From positions 1,839,826 to 1,903,825 of the forward strand of contig RDEW01000002.1 in the NCBI GenBank assembly GCA_011109175.1: 64,000 nucleotides of DNA, given 5' to 3'. The notes below the pieces were generated by a model. It was not told the DNA's origin and did no database searches. It saw only the letters and a program-made list of their open reading frames with translations. Below are positions 62,448 to 64,000 of this stretch, piece by piece. Position numbers and translations under genes: made by a program. This DNA comes from Dicyema japonicum. Lineage: Eukaryota; Animalia; Dicyemida. Every line of letters begins with the position of its first letter. The first letter of the stretch is position 1.

Positions 62448-62999
62448 TATTGTGGTTGTCGAAATGATAAATCGGATTATTTACCCCCAAACGTTTTAGA
62501 GATATAAGTGAACCTCCACATAAGTTGGCTCTCAGAGATCCTCCACTTTAATATCGAGGCCTGGTCAACTGTTCCTGAGTTTCTGCAAAGAACAAGGAAA
62601 CCCATTTGGGGAAAGGGTTAAATTACGTCAAATTATTCAAATAGTCCTGAAAAACACCTCAATCGAGTTCCTCTGCAAAGAATAGAGGGGACAATTAAAG
62701 AAGGCGATGGGTCACTGGTGAACCACTCTAAGAGAGTCCTAGAGTTATTAGAACCTGAATAGCTTTGTGATACTGGAAAGTCTCTTGAGGTTCCTCTTCT
62801 CATGCGCTGTCCCGCCTTCAATTTCTTTCCAGTGTCTTTTTACTTATCTCTATGAGCGCTCTTTTGGTTGAGAGGTTGGATCTGTTGAAACCATAAACCA
62901 CCGTTCTGGACCCCCAACGCCGCATTCTACAGTAATGTTATTTTAGTCGATGATTCCTTGTTGGATAAACTTTTTAGGACTCTTCTAACATTTCCTTGC

Positions 63000-63400
63000 T
63001 GCTGAGTATTTTAAGTCTTCTTGCAAGATAACACGCTCATTGTAAGCAGTAAAAAGACTATTTCAGAAAATAATAATTTGGATTTCGTCTGCTCATGTGT
63101 TGATACTCTGTTTCATCTCAACTCAGAGTTATGCAAGGCCAGAGACTCCAAATGTTCATTGAATGTCATAAAAATCTTAAAAGCGTTTGATATTAATAAC
63201 CACATAGTCTTAATCGGTCAGTTGTCTGGGACAGACAGCCCGAAAGAGCTAGTGAATTGGATAAAAGAGTACTTGACAGAAGTCCTCAACAAATTAACGT
63301 CCGATGGCCGGTTTCCCGTCTCTGAGATTACCAAGATAAGTTAAGATAAACTACTTGGTTACTATCTTTGTTGTGTGATGATGGGTAAACAAATTAGTTA
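63000..63400 (+). mobile_element. LINE RT fragment (CR1/Jockey-like)
   Basis: KILKAFDINNHIVLIGQL....ELVNWIKEYLT corresponds to the KAFD..H..L...WI..YL RT segment. Confidence 0.65.
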
Positions 63401-64000
63401 ATCGATTGACGTCGCTTGTGCCCCGAATAATTTTCGCTACCAGACGCCTCCACGCTCCTCTTGAGATTACGATTTTCGGAGGTCGTCTAAATCAAGTCCA
63501 AACATTTTGGTAAAAAAAAACAGAATAGCGTTTAAATAAAATTAACTTTACTATTTTTAAAATTAAATCAATTATTTAAAACCACCACATTCCCAAACAT
63601 GCCAAAAATTAAAATCAAATAGGGAGGCGCATGATTGCATATTTTATAATGGAGGCGTGTTAAAAAAAGTTTGGAAACTTCTGCTTTAGAGTGTTATCCC
63701 CCTCAATAAGGAGTGTGGGCTTTTTGAATGCGTTAATAATATTCGTAGTTTCCCAATTATTTTGTCAGAAATTTACTAAATCGTGGAATGTTCGCTTCCC
63801 TTAGGAAAGTTGCCCGGTCTATAACGATTTAGTTGAGTTTTCATATTTTTTTTCAAGTTAAGGCAAAAGGTGTCCATTTTCGTGATTTACTAATCGCCTG
63901 GCATCCCCGGTTTTTTCTGATGTTTTTTTGTCGAATTTTGAAAATGATCCTGAGCGGTTTGCTAGGTTCTTGATTTAAGGTTCAAAGCAAGACAATTATA

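Overview
This is compact, gene-dense eukaryotic genomic DNA, probably from an animal. Its GT-AG introns are very short (about 21-26 nt), which fits a reduced parasite lineage such as a dicyemid; the taxon is inference only. About ten recognisable housekeeping genes are present: PCF11, GTF3C4-like, PPIL4, a myosin regulatory light chain, a DHHC palmitoyltransferase, TIMELESS, WDR33, a Myc/Max/MGA-type bHLH, MPDU1, EIF3M and MRGBP, plus a U6 snRNA gene. Most start next to short AT-only islands. Between them lie many retrotransposon copies: one near-complete RTE-type LINE with a 10-bp TSD, and fragments of RTE, Jockey/I-like, CRE-like and R4-like elements. DNA-transposon remnants include a MULE with long TIRs and a 9-bp TSD, and Tc1, pogo and hAT pieces. 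Many genes carry +/-1 frameshifts in homopolymer runs, most likely long-read assembly errors, so exon and end coordinates are approximate. The main unexplained signals are: (1) roughly five-fold over-representation of the palindrome CACGTG, including inside exons and introns; (2) a three-copy CArG-like/CCAAT/TATA cassette at 47.6, 51.1 and 55.1 kb; (3) an inverted, intron-retaining partial copy of TIMELESS; (4) an RTE placed under a host promoter island; (5) a PHD finger at the front of a CRE-like retrotransposon.
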